A stretch of DNA of 37,400 bases from a bacterium (GTDB taxonomy: Bacteria; JADJOY01), in assembly GCA_046331705.1 (NCBI GenBank), contig JAXLQJ010000069.1, positions 1 to 37,400 of the forward strand, given 5' to 3'. Both the position numbers and the translations under genes were made by a program. Shown piece after piece: positions 35,632 through 37,400 of this stretch. Below the pieces are notes generated by a model. The model was not told the origin of the DNA. It did not search any database and worked only from the letters and a program-made list of their open reading frames with translations. The number at the start of each line of letters is the position of its first letter. The stretch's first letter is position 1.

Positions 35632-36417
35632 ATGACCGGTCCCGATCCCCTCGCTGCCGCGACCGCGATCGCGCGTGGCGCCGGCGAGGTGCTGCGCGCG
35701 CATTTCGGGCAGGCGCTCACGATCGAGCACAAGGGCGAGATCGATCTCGTCACCGAGGCCGACCGCGCGTCCGAGGCGCACATCGTCTCCCGGCTGCGCA
35801 CCGCGTTCCCGGACCACGCGATCCTGGCCGAGGAGGGGTCGGGCACGGCGCGCGCCGGACGGCCGCGCTGGCTCGTCGATCCGCTCGACGGCACCACCAA
35901 CTTCGCGCACGGCTACCCGCTCTTCGCGGTCTCGATCGCGCTCGAGGTCGAGGGACGGATCGAGGTCGGTGTCGTGCACGACCCCTGCCGCGACGAGACC
36001 TTCGCCGCCCGCCGCGGCGCTGGCGCGACCCTGAACGGCGCGGCGATGCGTGTGTCCGCCATCGAGCAGCTCTCGCGCGCGCTCCTGGTGACGGGCTTCC
36101 CCTACACCATCCACGAGCGCCCCGAGCCCACCGTGGGCCTGCTACGCCGCTTCTTGATGGCGGGCCAGGGACTGCGCCGCGACGGCTCGGCAGCGCTCGA
36201 CCTCTGCTACGTCGCCGCGGGCCGCTTCGACGGCTTCTGGGAGCTCGAGCTCAAGCCCTGGGACGTCGCCGCCGGCAGCCTCATCGTCGAGGAGGCGGGC
36301 GGCCGCGTCACCAATCTCGACGGCAGCCGGTTCGCGATCGACGCGGGCGCGATCCTCGCCACCAACGGGCGCTTGCACGACGCGATGCTGACGATCGCGT
36401 CCTCAACGGCTTCCTAG
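35632..36417 (+). CDS. suhB: inositol monophosphatase family protein
   Basis: DLVTEAD, ILAEE, WLVDPLDGTTNF, GSAALDLCYVAAGRFDGFWE, WDVAAG. Confidence 0.93.
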   Translation: MTGPDPLAAATAIARGAGEVLRAHFGQALTIEHKGEIDLVTEADRASEAHIVSRLRTAFPDHAILAEEGSGTARAGRPRWLVDPLDGTTNFAHGYPLFAVSIALEVEGRIEVGVVHDPCRDETFAARRGAGATLNGAAMRVSAIEQLSRALLVTGFPYTIHERPEPTVGLLRRFLMAGQGLRRDGSAALDLCYVAAGRFDGFWELELKPWDVAAGSLIVEEAGGRVTNLDGSRFAIDAGAILATNGRLHDAMLTIASSTAS

Positions 36418-37017
36418 CCGCGGAAGGAACCGGCCGGTGACGGCGACCCACGCCTGATAGGCGTCGCCGTGCTCTTCGCCGAGGAAGTCCTCTTCCAGAC
36501 GCGCCTGGATCTGCAGCCCGTACACCGTGAGGATCACGAGGATCAGCGAGGGATCGCAGGGCACCAGCAGGAAGAGCCCGACGCTCGCGCCCATCATGCC
36601 GGTGTAGATCGGATTGCGGATCCACCGGAACGGACCGTGCTTCACCAGCTCGGCCACGCCGGCGCGATCGATGCCGATCTTCCAGGCTTCGCCCATCGTC
36701 CCTTGCGCCCAACCGGTGAGCCCGAGCGACGCCAGGGCGATCAAGAAGCCGAAGGTCTGCACGGTCGCGGTCGCGAGCCCGCTGAAGGGGCGCATCGCAT
36801 CGAGGATCTCGGGATCCCAGAGGTAGAGCACGCCCACCACGTAGTGCCCGCCCACCAGCGGGATCAGCGAGCCGGCCAGGAATCGCTCGGTGCCGGAGCT
36901 CCGATCGCTGATGCCGATCGGCATCTTGCCGAACCGCACCCGGTAGGTCGCGAACTTCACGACCGCGGGGAAGAGAAACAGGATCAAGAGCAAGGCGACT
37001 TCGATGCGCGCGTCCAT
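36403..37017 (-). CDS. isoprenylcysteine carboxyl/phospholipid methyltransferase family protein (ICMT/PEMT)
   Basis: MGEAWKIG, LVKHGPFRWIRNPIYTG, EEDFL...G..Y; GGAGG-like RBS. Confidence 0.88.
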   Translation of the reverse strand: MDARIEVALLLILFLFPAVVKFATYRVRFGKMPIGISDRSSGTERFLAGSLIPLVGGHYVVGVLYLWDPEILDAMRPFSGLATATVQTFGFLIALASLGLTGWAQGTMGEAWKIGIDRAGVAELVKHGPFRWIRNPIYTGMMGASVGLFLLVPCDPSLILVILTVYGLQIQARLEEDFLGEEHGDAYQAWVAVTGRFLPRLGSR

Positions 37018-37087
37018 GGAGGTTCCTCGGGGTGTGCGGTGCGACGACGACGGCGGTCCCGGCGACCGAAGCCTCGCACCCGCTCGT

Positions 37088-37400
37088 TCAGAAGAAAACG
37101 CCGAGCGACAGCGGCACCGTCAACAGGTCCTCGCCGTGCTCGGAGAAGATCCGGTCGTAGGCAACGGCGACGTCGAGCACGACGCGCGGCACGAGCACGA
37201 CCTGCAACCCGGCTTGGACCGAGGCCACGAAGTCGAGCTGATCGTCCGACTCGGTGCCGGTGACGTCGGTGGTGCGAAGCAGCAACCCGGGCGAGCCCGC
37301 CAGGTACGGATGGAGCCGATCGGCGACCTCGAACGACGCCCGCAGGCCGGCACCGAACGCGAGGTTGGTGGCGCTGGCGCTGGCACCGCCGTCGGGGATC
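37088..37400 (-). CDS. outer membrane beta-barrel protein (5' partial)
   Basis: Frame open from the window end: ...LAFGAGLRASF..LHPYLA..VQAGLQV..LDVAVAY..LSLGVFF; amphipathic strands and terminal Phe. Confidence 0.7.
   Translation of the reverse strand, partial: IPDGGASASATNLAFGAGLRASFEVADRLHPYLAGSPGLLLRTTDVTGTESDDQLDFVASVQAGLQVVLVPRVVLDVAVAYDRIFSEHGEDLLTVPLSLGVFF

Noticed and set aside
1-37400. CRISPR arrays, tRNA/rRNA, transposases, integrases, prophage genes
   Set aside because: No regularly spaced repeats, RNA gene signatures or mobility proteins seen by eye; small structured RNAs cannot be excluded without a covariance-model search.

Overview
Very GC-rich bacterial DNA, most likely Myxococcota or a related deltaproteobacterial lineage (MYXO-CTERM tail, HRDVSPQN-type Ser/Thr kinase with PEGA repeats, Tgl/PilF-like lipoprotein). 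About 35 genes, in order: end of a MYXO-CTERM protein; a REC/Cys-rich/hypothetical trio divergent from a multi-PAS HisKA_3 kinase and NarL regulator; Wzx flippase and GT4; a TetR-HlyD-ABC-TolC efflux operon; DUF2804; a secreted metzincin; a stand-alone RnfD/NqrB-like gene with DUF2330; PilZ; a GspE/PilB ATPase with an N-terminal transmembrane helix; nagZ; a methyltransferase and two paralogous CrtQ/HpnB-like GT2 genes flanking a DUF1963 fusion and an orphan gspG; a TPR lipoprotein/kinase/FHA module; a 1-kb oriC-like intergenic region; a divergent dnaA without rpmH or dnaN neighbours; suhB; an ICMT/PEMT-family methyltransferase; and a partial beta-barrel. I saw no rRNA, tRNA, CRISPR array or transposase. 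Strongest leads: the membrane-anchored assembly ATPase with dispersed pilus/T2SS parts, the RnfD-like/DUF2330 pair, the atypical dnaA locus, and a DUF1963 protein carrying an HU-like arm. All family calls are from motif recognition by eye; no database searches were run.
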